From IMG/VR virus record IMGVR_UViG_3300025707_000003, positions 32,001 through 96,000 of that record: a stretch of 64,000 bases of DNA. One strand, 5' to 3'. Under the pieces are notes generated by a model that did not search any database, was not told where the DNA came from, and saw only the letters and a program-made list of their open reading frames with translations. Both the position numbers and the translations under genes were made by a program. Origin of the DNA: a virus. Lineage: Duplodnaviria > Caudoviricetes. Positions 47,200 through 56,073 of this stretch are shown here, one piece after another (the first letter of the stretch is position 1; every line of letters starts with the position of its first letter).

Positions 47200-47539
47200 A
47201 AAAGCTCTCCCTTAAAATGCCCCATAGAGGGAGAAGATCCCTTAAAGGACGCAACACCCCATTAATTGCGAATGTTATCTCATCATTATTTGTAATACCA
47301 TAGCCCAAATTAACATAAGCGACCCAACCTCCAGTGTTCAGAGACCAGCCACAATCCGAACTTCCTAACATATAGTTCTTTTCAAACCCTACTGCACAAA
47401 GACTTTCTTCTAAGACCCCTTTCAAGTCGATAAACTTTGCTCGACTATCCTCTTTTTCAAGTCTCTTTTGGATTAGGCTAATACCTTCCTCACTCCAACC
47501 CCTCTTACCATCCTTTATCCTAGATAATGAACTACTCAT
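47189..47539 (-). CDS. Hypothetical protein (paralog of 46855..47199)
   Basis: Same shared motifs as 46855..47199. Confidence 0.65.
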   Translation of the reverse strand: MSSSLSRIKDGKRGWSEEGISLIQKRLEKEDSRAKFIDLKGVLEESLCAVGFEKNYMLGSSDCGWSLNTGGWVAYVNLGYGITNNDEITFAINGVLRPLRDLLPLWGILRESFYEN

Positions 47540-47608
47540 AAAAGTCCCCCTTAAAATAGGGTCTCAGTCTTGTTAGGTAACAAGGGTGTTGAGGGATTGG
47601 TGATGCAT

Positions 47609-47779
47609 TTATAGTTGGACATCGGGATACCTCTTGATCTTCTCCCTAGACTCAAGCCAAGCCCTCTTGAGCAACCAAGACACCGTTCGGTCTTGACGCT
47701 TGGCTTCAGACTCAAGCTCCTCTGCTATCTGATCTGGTAAGTAGATTGATCTTTTGTTTTTTGATTTGTTAGTAGCCAT
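47609..47779 (-). CDS. 56 aa ribbon-helix-helix protein resembling the myxobacterial MXAN_4361/4362 (TIGR04563) family; not in ORF track
   Basis: Manual translation MATNKSKNKRSIYLPDQIAEELESEAKRQDRTVSWLLKRAWLESREKIKRYPDVQL. Confidence 0.7.
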   Translation of the reverse strand: MATNKSKNKRSIYLPDQIAEELESEAKRQDRTVSWLLKRAWLESREKIKRYPDVQL

Positions 47780-48083
47780 AGTAAAAAAGTCCTATTCGTA
47801 TTCCTAAGACATAAGAAGCAATACACGCATAAGTGAAGTACCTCGCTCTTGGGGTTGAATGAAACAACCCAACACCAAAAGAGAGGAGAAGCAAAATGAT
47901 GAGTGATAAATAGTAGGGTTCAGCCATAGTAAGTTTTCAGACCTATCGACAAAGCCAACATATAAACCATGCAAAGCACGAACATTAGCTCAAACTTGTC
48001 TGTTTTATAGACCCTATAAAAGCATACCACCATGCCGACTAGATATGCTAAGACCCATGCACTGGGGATGGTGGTGATTTGAC

Positions 48084-48476
48084 TCATTTTTCTTCACCCT
48101 CTTCTTTGTACCCTGCATGATAAACATACCCACCCCCGACCACTTTCATGTAGCTGTCGTCATCGCAGTGAGTCATACAAAATAAAACGATCTCAGATCG
48201 CTTTAGAATGTGTTTCTCGTTATCGTCTACCCACTGCCATGTGGCGATGTCAGCGTCCTCGTGAGCGACATCCTCAACCTCATAGAGAGGCATGGGGAAG
48301 CTCTGCGAGGGATTGAAGAACATCCCCATCACAGAGGGCAAAGACTTCCACCACTCGATGATGGAATCTGTGGTCATCTCATCTGGGATAACACCGATCC
48401 AATGTCGGTATCCATACTCCTCTTGGACAAAGAGGATTCGGGGATCAGTTTGTGTTGGGGTGGTTTGGTCTGTCAT
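48084..48476 (-). CDS. Hypothetical protein
   Basis: 130 aa; class B motif at 48521-48536. Confidence 0.7.
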   Translation of the reverse strand: MTDQTTPTQTDPRILFVQEEYGYRHWIGVIPDEMTTDSIIEWWKSLPSVMGMFFNPSQSFPMPLYEVEDVAHEDADIATWQWVDDNEKHILKRSEIVLFCMTHCDDDSYMKVVGGGYVYHAGYKEEGEEK

Positions 48477-48607
48477 GTTGTCTCTTTTCGAGTCGGTTGG
48501 GGGGTTGAATACATAAGGTTATAGATAAGGGGTTACACACCTTGAAGTTTAATAGTTTGTTTATATTTTCCTCACTGTAGTTAGTGCATTAAAAAAAAGG
48601 TGTAGTT

Positions 48608-49249
48608 ATGAGTAGCGATCAAGGCTTATTGCCGATTATGAGTCCTTTATATAACTTACGAGAGATCTGTAAGCAGATCGTCCTACTCGAAGATCACCTT
48701 AACCAACCTCGCAAAAGATGCCCCGATTGTATCCGTAAACATTTCCTCACCATAGAAGCATTATTTGAGGAAGCGGTATCTCTTGATAAAGAGTTGAAAT
48801 ATACAGAGGTGCTAGACAATAAGGCTGAAGAGATTAGGAAGCTCCAATCTGTATGGTTAGACACTAGAGAGAGTGAACACGCACATAGGTTTTACCTCAT
48901 CCTCGCTCAAGCACTTAGAGTTCTCAGAAAGAGCTTTGCTGAACATTGCTTTGATGTTCGCAAGATGGCGAGCATGGAGCGTAAGGCTAGTTCTTATGTC
49001 TGCCCACACATGAGGGTAGCTACTAAAACCGAATCTGAAAAAGAGGATGAAGCAGTACAGAAGCTCATTCGTAGATCTCCGAAGAAAAAGCCACCACGCA
49101 AAGACCTTCGTAAGAACAGAGTAGAAATCAGCGATGACCCCGACCTACAAGGTGTTGGTCGTGGGGATCAAGGCGACCCAGACCTTTCTCGTAGAGATCA
49201 AAAGATGGCGAAGCGTATTGCTCTTAAGCATCTGAACTTAAGAGCGTAA
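48608..49249 (+). CDS. Hypothetical late protein (Cys/His motif RCPDCIRKH)
   Basis: 213 aa; class A motif at 48553-48565; carries RKMAS, RKAS and RIALKHL motifs. Confidence 0.7.
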   Translation: MSSDQGLLPIMSPLYNLREICKQIVLLEDHLNQPRKRCPDCIRKHFLTIEALFEEAVSLDKELKYTEVLDNKAEEIRKLQSVWLDTRESEHAHRFYLILAQALRVLRKSFAEHCFDVRKMASMERKASSYVCPHMRVATKTESEKEDEAVQKLIRRSPKKKPPRKDLRKNRVEISDDPDLQGVGRGDQGDPDLSRRDQKMAKRIALKHLNLRA

Positions 49250-49252
49250 TCT

Positions 49253-52200
49253 GTGATGTTAAATATACTTCTACTCGAACTGCAAAATGAGCTAGATAAA
49301 ACAGACAGACTCCTTTTAGAGGCATATCGAGTAGCCGCACCTCTAAAAAATGAGGACGGTTCTCGTAAACCCACAGTTAAAAAGAAGCGAAAGAAACAGA
49401 AACTCACACCAGAGCAGAAGAAGAAACAGAAAAAAGAACAAAAGATCGTTAAAAAGGTCAAAGAAAAACTCAAAAGCCGCACCTATAAGAGCAGGCAAAC
49501 TGGTGATGAGTTATCCTTCAACACAGCCTATAATCGCAAACACCCTAAAGCGGTCAAAGACTTCAACAAAGCGATGGAAAAGGCTAGGGGTTCTAAAGGG
49601 GAATCAAAGAAAGAGGTCAACTACTCGGTAAAAGCTAAACTTAATGATGAACAGTACGACCTACTATCAAGAATGAACAATGGTCGAGACATGAAAGATA
49701 TGTCTCTCGTTGAAGAACGCACCATGAGAGACATCATGTCACTTCTTATGGACATCCATGAAGAGGTTCGAGAAGAGGTGGGCGAGCCTCCCCCTAAGAA
49801 GACAAGAAGTACAAGATCAGATAAAGGTAAGAAGCGTGGGCCGTATAATAAGAAGGTCAAAGAAAAGCTCACAACCTCTCTTGAAGAAGAAGGTATTGAA
49901 GCTGTTGACCTAAATGTTCAAGAGACATCCGACATTCCAGAGGAAGAGGTAAAAGAAACTAAAGGAGTCTTAGACGAAAGAGCTAAAGAGAGATCTGAAC
50001 AAACAGGAGAGGAAGAACCTAAGAAACCCAAGAAACCCAAGAAACCCAAGAAACCCAAAGAGCCTATAGATGGTGCTCCTTTACTTGAACAGCCTAGCTA
50101 TGTCCAAAAGGCAGAAATCAAAGATCGTCTTGAGAAAGCGTTTAGAGATAATTTAAGTAAAGGCACTAGCGAGAAGATGGAAAAGCTCGAAGATAAACTC
50201 CAAGACCCCTCTTTAAGTGATAAAGAAAAGAGAGATCTCCAAGAGCAGATCAAGGAACTTGAAAAAAAGGATCTTGCCTCAACTAGAAAAAGCACAAGGA
50301 CTCTTGTTCAGAGGATAAGTGAAACTGTGGACGCTCTTGATGAACTCACTGAAGATCAAGTCGAACAAATGGCTGACGCTTACGGTTCTGGTGCAGTCAC
50401 AGTCGAAGATGTCATGAGAAATAATGGACTCGATGGACTACAGTCATACCTCGATGACGAAGTGAAGAATAAAGACTTCGGCCCTCCGAAGCCCCCTTCA
50501 GACAGAGAGGGTTTTGCAGAAGAGTTAGGGAAATACCTAGCAATTACCCACGCACAAAAGAGCATTGCAGAAGACCCAGAGTTTGGGTTGCGTGAGTTTC
50601 CTAGTGATGGGGATGATCATGATAAAGAGAAACACTTAGAGAATGTACGCAGAGTCCAATCAAGACGCTTTAAGAAGATGGACACAGATCAGCGTACTAA
50701 CATGGTTTCTAGGGTCAAAGAGGATATTGACGAGGCTATAGAAACCTTAAAAGATGAAGGACTGTCCGAAGATGAAAAGAAGTCCTTACAAGGTAAGATC
50801 GCAAACTTAAAATCATCAGAAACTGCCCTCAATACAGTACGCATGATAAAAGAGGAAGGTGTCATTGATGGGTATGCTGAAGTACCCGACAAATTGCTTG
50901 AGCTTGCAAGGCAAACAGGATCTGAAGCTTGGGAAGAAGGAATTAGTTTGCTCTCCCAACAAGGCACAAACCCTAGTAAGACACGAGATCTAATTGAGTC
51001 GGTCACTGAAAACCTTGACACAGAAGATTTTAAGGCTGTGGTAGGTGGAGAACAAGGGCCTTATGGTGAAATGCTTGACTTGTTGGATGACGACTATTGT
51101 CCAGGTGGTCCAACAAATAATTCTAAAGATCTTGGTGACAGGAAGCTCAAACCATCAGATGATCCTTGCCCTAATCCTTTATCTGATGACATGAAGAAGA
51201 TGTTAAGGGATTACATGAGTGGTGGGTTCGTTAATCTCTACACAGTCGAAAAAGAATCTAAAGGTGACGGTCACTACAAACCGAAAAAGGGTGATGAGGG
51301 GGCTTCCAAGCAAGTTAAGAAGCAGATGAAGGAATTTTGGAGAGATAACAAAGAGAAGTTTTTCGAGGTGTTTGTTGATGGGATTGATCTGTCAACAAAT
51401 AAACCCTATACCGATGAACAAAGAGAAGCGGCAGGGGAGGAATTCAGAACTAGATGGTTTGCTGAAGAAACTCGGAGTAGCATTGATGGTGTCCAACTCT
51501 ACAGTGGAAACGCCAAACGCTTTAGGTGGGAGCAGATACAGCAGGAATTAGAAAAAGTGAAAAATTTAGATGGTGCGATTAAGAGGCAGAAACTTAAAGA
51601 GATAAGAACTAGGCTTACAGAGCTGTTTGATGACACAGCAACTCAAGAATCAGAGTCAGCAACCTCAAAAAAACAAGCAAATAATTTTAATAGTTCATTT
51701 ATTGACACCTACTATAAGAGTGGAGGCACTAAAATCATGCAAAAAAGATCTACACAGTATGTTGATTATCAGCGTAGATCCCAAGCGTTTGAACTTGGGA
51801 TGCGTGTCTATCCCTTTCTTGGGGGTAATCCGTCAAGGTCTGGTCTGGTTATAGCTATCTTTCCTGCTATTGGTATGGTAGATGTGCAGTTTCCTCATGG
51901 TTCGCAACGCTATCCTGTAGAGGATCTTGTAGTAGATACTTCGGGTGATTACTTGAACATTTACGAAGATGACCAAGATACTATCCCTGGTGGCGTAGGT
52001 ACTGTTCCTGTTTCATCTCGTTCTGTTAAAAAGCAAGCTAGTCGTGTCGCCTCCAAGTACATGAAGCAAGCTATTTATTGGTACAAAAGGGATCGTACAT
52101 ATCGCCAATGTCGGCATGAGGTAAAACCTTGTTGTCCTAAGTGCAAAAACCCACTCGGCAATACTGTTTACAAAAGAAGAGGAGGTAAGAGTGAGAAACT

Positions 52201-52258
52201 GCTCGCTTGTTATACTTGTCTCTTCATCATCAAACCTTCCGACATCATTAAGGGGTAA
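49253..52258 (+). CDS. Large charged head-region protein
   Basis: 1001 aa, K/E-rich, directly upstream of the protease-scaffold-capsid block. Confidence 0.7.
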   Translation: MMLNILLLELQNELDKTDRLLLEAYRVAAPLKNEDGSRKPTVKKKRKKQKLTPEQKKKQKKEQKIVKKVKEKLKSRTYKSRQTGDELSFNTAYNRKHPKAVKDFNKAMEKARGSKGESKKEVNYSVKAKLNDEQYDLLSRMNNGRDMKDMSLVEERTMRDIMSLLMDIHEEVREEVGEPPPKKTRSTRSDKGKKRGPYNKKVKEKLTTSLEEEGIEAVDLNVQETSDIPEEEVKETKGVLDERAKERSEQTGEEEPKKPKKPKKPKKPKEPIDGAPLLEQPSYVQKAEIKDRLEKAFRDNLSKGTSEKMEKLEDKLQDPSLSDKEKRDLQEQIKELEKKDLASTRKSTRTLVQRISETVDALDELTEDQVEQMADAYGSGAVTVEDVMRNNGLDGLQSYLDDEVKNKDFGPPKPPSDREGFAEELGKYLAITHAQKSIAEDPEFGLREFPSDGDDHDKEKHLENVRRVQSRRFKKMDTDQRTNMVSRVKEDIDEAIETLKDEGLSEDEKKSLQGKIANLKSSETALNTVRMIKEEGVIDGYAEVPDKLLELARQTGSEAWEEGISLLSQQGTNPSKTRDLIESVTENLDTEDFKAVVGGEQGPYGEMLDLLDDDYCPGGPTNNSKDLGDRKLKPSDDPCPNPLSDDMKKMLRDYMSGGFVNLYTVEKESKGDGHYKPKKGDEGASKQVKKQMKEFWRDNKEKFFEVFVDGIDLSTNKPYTDEQREAAGEEFRTRWFAEETRSSIDGVQLYSGNAKRFRWEQIQQELEKVKNLDGAIKRQKLKEIRTRLTELFDDTATQESESATSKKQANNFNSSFIDTYYKSGGTKIMQKRSTQYVDYQRRSQAFELGMRVYPFLGGNPSRSGLVIAIFPAIGMVDVQFPHGSQRYPVEDLVVDTSGDYLNIYEDDQDTIPGGVGTVPVSSRSVKKQASRVASKYMKQAIYWYKRDRTYRQCRHEVKPCCPKCKNPLGNTVYKRRGGKSEKLLACYTCLFIIKPSDIIKG
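50021..50056. repeat. 9 bp tandem repeat (aagaaaccc x4; KKP repeats)
   Basis: Read directly from the sequence. Confidence 0.9.
51737..52258 (+). CDS. Nested in-frame 173 aa product (SH3-like plus Zn-ribbon region)
   Basis: Internal class A motif 51691-51703, GGAGG 51722-51726 and in-frame ATG 51737; C-terminal CPKC...CYTC. Confidence 0.5.
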   Translation: MQKRSTQYVDYQRRSQAFELGMRVYPFLGGNPSRSGLVIAIFPAIGMVDVQFPHGSQRYPVEDLVVDTSGDYLNIYEDDQDTIPGGVGTVPVSSRSVKKQASRVASKYMKQAIYWYKRDRTYRQCRHEVKPCCPKCKNPLGNTVYKRRGGKSEKLLACYTCLFIIKPSDIIKG

Positions 52259-52261
52259 AGC

Positions 52262-53707
52262 ATGGCATTTTTAAGATATGCTAGGGCTAATGTAGTACAG
52301 CCCTCTATTCATGGTCTACAATGGGATAAAGTTAGAATCGCTTCTGGTGATAAAACCATCAATGCCTCGCTCAAAAAGCAAGCTGAGGATATTCTAGGCG
52401 AACCTTTCACTCCCGATAGATTTCTACTTACACACTCCACAATCGTTTGTTCTGTCGATGCTTTCACGCCTCCTAATACAAAGACAGGCTCGATCACTGA
52501 GGGTGGGCAAACCATTAACCGTAAATATGCTGACTATCGTATAAGTTCAGATACAGATAAGTTCATCAATAACAACCTCGACTCATGGTCAAGGGAAGTG
52601 ATCAAGAAGTCTTATCCGACTTTCATTGGTGCTCATAACTTTGTTGAGCATATCCAAGTAGAAGAACTCTCAAAAGGTCGCATTATAGATGCAGTCCTTA
52701 GAGACATAGGTGAATCTCTATATGTAGACATCCTTGTCGCCACTGATCGTAAGCATGAAGACTTAGTAAAACAGATCGAGTCGGGTCAAATGAACGCAAT
52801 GTCTATGGGATGTAGCGTAGACTTTACCATTTGTACTAAATGTGGTCATGTAGCCGCTGATGAAACAGAGATGTGTTCTCATGTTAAATATGAGAAGGGC
52901 AATGTTTTCTATGATGAGCAAGGAAATCAGCATAGAGTAGCAGAGCTTTGTGGGCATGAAGATATTGGTGGCACAGCAGGTGTTACCTTCATTGAGGCTT
53001 CTTGGGTCGCAACTCCTGCATTTACAGGAGCTGTTGCTCGAAACACATTAGAGATACCCTCTGCTGATATGGCAAAATCTGCTTCGGATGTGGAACTAAA
53101 TGAAGTCCCCGAAAAGTGGATCGCCAAAGCCTCTAGCTTACAAAGTTCTCCTTGGTATGACCCTCATGGTCAACTAACTAAAAAGGCTGGCCCTTTTGAT
53201 ATGGATGAGGATGAAGAAGAAGGTGGAGGCGATGACGCTTCAACCCCTTCAGAGTCTTTGCTCAAACAATTAGAATCTGTGTATGAGACTGCTATTGTAG
53301 ATCGTTTTCGTAAAAAACTAGAGAACGAGATCAAAGCAGAAAAAGCTCAAGAAGTTATGAACCCCCCAATAGATAAATCTGTCGTTGAGCAAAATGATAC
53401 GATTATCAAAGAGGGAGTTTCTGCTTCTAAATATATGAGTCTCTTAGATGCTTCTGTTAAAACAGCTAAAACTGTTGAAGAAGCTGTCTTGAACATTACT
53501 TTGGTAAACAACCATTGTAAAGTTCATGTCCCGACCCATGTTTATAAGTTGGCTAGTGTTCTAGGTACAACAACACAATATAATAGTGTTGTTGATTATC
53601 TTGAGCAAGCCAACTACTTAAACGGTAAAAAATTATCGAAGCAAGACACTCTTCGTCTTGTAAGATTAGCTAAACTGTTATCCCTTAACACTTACGGGCA
53701 GAAATAA
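52262..53707 (+). CDS. Prohead (capsid maturation) protease-like protein with Cys-rich insertion
   Basis: Position before scaffold and MCP; HNFVEH, SMGCSV, FIEASWVATPAF resemble HK97/herpes-fold prohead protease motifs. Confidence 0.6.
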   Translation: MAFLRYARANVVQPSIHGLQWDKVRIASGDKTINASLKKQAEDILGEPFTPDRFLLTHSTIVCSVDAFTPPNTKTGSITEGGQTINRKYADYRISSDTDKFINNNLDSWSREVIKKSYPTFIGAHNFVEHIQVEELSKGRIIDAVLRDIGESLYVDILVATDRKHEDLVKQIESGQMNAMSMGCSVDFTICTKCGHVAADETEMCSHVKYEKGNVFYDEQGNQHRVAELCGHEDIGGTAGVTFIEASWVATPAFTGAVARNTLEIPSADMAKSASDVELNEVPEKWIAKASSLQSSPWYDPHGQLTKKAGPFDMDEDEEEGGGDDASTPSESLLKQLESVYETAIVDRFRKKLENEIKAEKAQEVMNPPIDKSVVEQNDTIIKEGVSASKYMSLLDASVKTAKTVEEAVLNITLVNNHCKVHVPTHVYKLASVLGTTTQYNSVVDYLEQANYLNGKKLSKQDTLRLVRLAKLLSLNTYGQK

Positions 53708-53743
53708 GTCTCGCCCTGTTTCACCCCAGAAAGGAATTGCCTT

Positions 53744-55321
53744 ATGTCTAGGTATTCTCGTTCTAAGAATATGTCACGCAGGGCAGAACTTGCTCGTAGA
53801 AGAAATCGCAGAGCAAACTCTGCCCTTCCAGGTTCTGATAACCTCGGTTGGGATCACTTCGGTCATCCTGCCTCCTCTGATCAACCCGATGTTGACGCTT
53901 ATGGACTCGATTCAGAGTTCGGTGAAGGAGTCCGTAAAGGACCCTATCGCTCAGGCCCAGCTCCTGCCTCTGTAGGTTGGACTCCTGAACACCCTGCTTC
54001 TTCTGATGAGACCGCTGAGGATTATGCTCTTACTGATGATCTTCGCCAAGAGAATCTTAAGAAAGCTATGGAGCGTAAAGCGGCAAAGTGTATTCAAATC
54101 GCTGAATCTCGTCTTGGTCGTAGAGCTTCTCAAGTTGAAGTTGAAGATCTTGCACTACGCATGATGGATCTCCCTAATCGTACTGTTAATGCTCGTGTTG
54201 CTCGTCTTGCAGACAATGCTGTACAAGTCGGTACTGACTATGATGATGGTCTTGACTTCACAGGTCCAGGTAATGCAAGTGATGAGATTGAAGCTGATGG
54301 TCACATGGGTCATGGTATGTTCGATGAATATGACATTGACGGTGATGAAATGATCGACATGAGCGAATGGGGTGGTTCAGACTCTGCATTCAACTCTATG
54401 GATACAAACGAAGACGGATTCCTTTCTCGTGATGAAGTCGCTATGGGTCTTGGTGAGTCATTCGCTGATGATATTGAAGCTGATGATGAACTCGCAAACA
54501 TCATGGCTGAACTTGAAGCTGATGACATGGGTATGAATTCAGCAGATCAACTAGCAGAAGAAATCGCTATGCTCAAAGCGGCAAACGCTCGTCTTGCTCG
54601 CAAGGTTCGTAAGCTCGCTGATAATGCTGTACAAGTTGGCACAGACAATCCAGTTGAAGACCCAGAACTACAGATCGACACTTCTCCAGAAAATGAGCCA
54701 TCTGAAGGTCAACCTACTCAGCGTCTTGCTAAGATTGAACGACTCGCAGAAGCTCTTTCTGCTTATATGTCTGATCGTCAAGCAGGAGATGACATGGCTT
54801 CTCTTCTTGCAGAGCTTGAGGCTGATGACTCTCGTGAAATGAACGATTCAAACTTTGGTTACACTGCCGAAGAAACTGTTGAAGCTCATGATATTGAAGC
54901 TCATGAACTTGAAGCTCATGAACTTGAAGCTGATGATATTGAAGCTGATGATATTGAAACTCATATGATGGGTGAAGATGTCATGGGGCTTGATATGAAC
55001 GCTGACGATCTGATGGCTATGGATCCTCGCCTCGCTTCAATCTTTACTGCATCTGATGAAGAAGATTCTGATGAAGAAGATTCTAGCGAAGAAGATTCTA
55101 GCGAAGAAGATTCTAGCGAAGAAGAAAAGACTGAAGAAGATTCTGAAGAAGAAAAGACTGAGGAAAAGGCTAAGAAGAAAGCTTCTTATCGCCCACGCAC
55201 CTCAGCTCGTAAATCGGCAGTTAAGACTCTTGGGAACATTTCTCGTGAGGCTTCAAGAGGTTCAGACGAACTTTCTAAACTTTGGGAATCTGCTCCCGAT
55301 GTAAGCAAGTTCTTCGGATAA
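53744..55321 (+). CDS. Capsid scaffolding-like protein
   Basis: Very acidic, coiled-coil segments and internal repeats (R.ARLADNAVQVG, [IL]EA[DH]); lies between protease and capsid genes. Confidence 0.65.
   Translation: MSRYSRSKNMSRRAELARRRNRRANSALPGSDNLGWDHFGHPASSDQPDVDAYGLDSEFGEGVRKGPYRSGPAPASVGWTPEHPASSDETAEDYALTDDLRQENLKKAMERKAAKCIQIAESRLGRRASQVEVEDLALRMMDLPNRTVNARVARLADNAVQVGTDYDDGLDFTGPGNASDEIEADGHMGHGMFDEYDIDGDEMIDMSEWGGSDSAFNSMDTNEDGFLSRDEVAMGLGESFADDIEADDELANIMAELEADDMGMNSADQLAEEIAMLKAANARLARKVRKLADNAVQVGTDNPVEDPELQIDTSPENEPSEGQPTQRLAKIERLAEALSAYMSDRQAGDDMASLLAELEADDSREMNDSNFGYTAEETVEAHDIEAHELEAHELEADDIEADDIETHMMGEDVMGLDMNADDLMAMDPRLASIFTASDEEDSDEEDSSEEDSSEEDSSEEEKTEEDSEEEKTEEKAKKKASYRPRTSARKSAVKTLGNISREASRGSDELSKLWESAPDVSKFFG
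54881..54970. repeat. 15 bp tandem repeats encoding EA[HD][DE][IL]
   Basis: gaagctcatgatatt / gaagctcatgaactt / gaagctgatgatatt units, about 6 copies. Confidence 0.85.
55058..55117. repeat. 15 bp tandem repeats encoding EEDS[DS]
   Basis: gaagaagattct(gat/agc) x4. Confidence 0.9.
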
Positions 55322-55463
55322 GATATAAATAAACTGTAATAGTTTATTTATTAATGACGCTATTATATTGGAAAACTTTTGGGGGTCGGTTGTAAGACCA
55401 CCCTATTCTTAACTACACTACTCTCTTGAAAACAGAGAGTACGAGCTTAATAGGAGAAATCTC

Positions 55464-56051
55464 ATGGCTCTACTTGGACAAGCTAGTGGTGGTTTTACAG
55501 AGTCAAGCTCTGCGTTGCGTATACTTCATGTTGGTGTGCGTAATACTGTAGGTCAACTACACAGCAGTGCTTTCACTCAGTCAAACCCCGTTTTTGGTGC
55601 TAATGCTACATCAGCACCAGGTCTTTTAACAAATGTACTCGGAGTACTTAGCGGTTCTATCGCTTTTACTCGTGGTACTACTAACGAGCATGGTGGACCT
55701 TCAGTGGCAGCCGCTCCTGCTACTGAGCGTGTGCTTGGTGTTTTCATCAACAATGCTTCGGGCAATGCTTTTGAGAATCAACCAGGTGTTGCTTCTAACC
55801 GTGGCCCATATGTTTCTGCACAAGGTACTTTTGCGAACCTTCTGTATGAGACAGTAAATGTTGCTACCAATGCTGACATCACAGCAACTTATGTTCCTGG
55901 TGCTACATTGATTGCTTCTATCAATGGTTTCTTGACCACCGCTGTAAATAATGCAAATCACGATCATACTGATAGTGCTACTACCATCGGTATTCTTAAA
56001 ATCTCTCCCGACTCAACTTCTGATGAGTTGGTATACGACCAACGCATCTGA
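55464..56051 (+). CDS. Head decoration/cement-like protein
   Basis: 195 aa, G/A/T-rich, immediately upstream of the MCP; class A motif at 55340-55352. Confidence 0.55.
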   Translation: MALLGQASGGFTESSSALRILHVGVRNTVGQLHSSAFTQSNPVFGANATSAPGLLTNVLGVLSGSIAFTRGTTNEHGGPSVAAAPATERVLGVFINNASGNAFENQPGVASNRGPYVSAQGTFANLLYETVNVATNADITATYVPGATLIASINGFLTTAVNNANHDHTDSATTIGILKISPDSTSDELVYDQRI

Positions 56052-56073
56052 TAGAAAGGAAGAGTGATTTATT

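Noticed and set aside
48608-49000. Possible similarity of the CKQIVLLEDHL...CPDCIRKH domain to giant-virus hypothetical proteins
   Set aside because: Only a recollection; it cannot be supported without a search.
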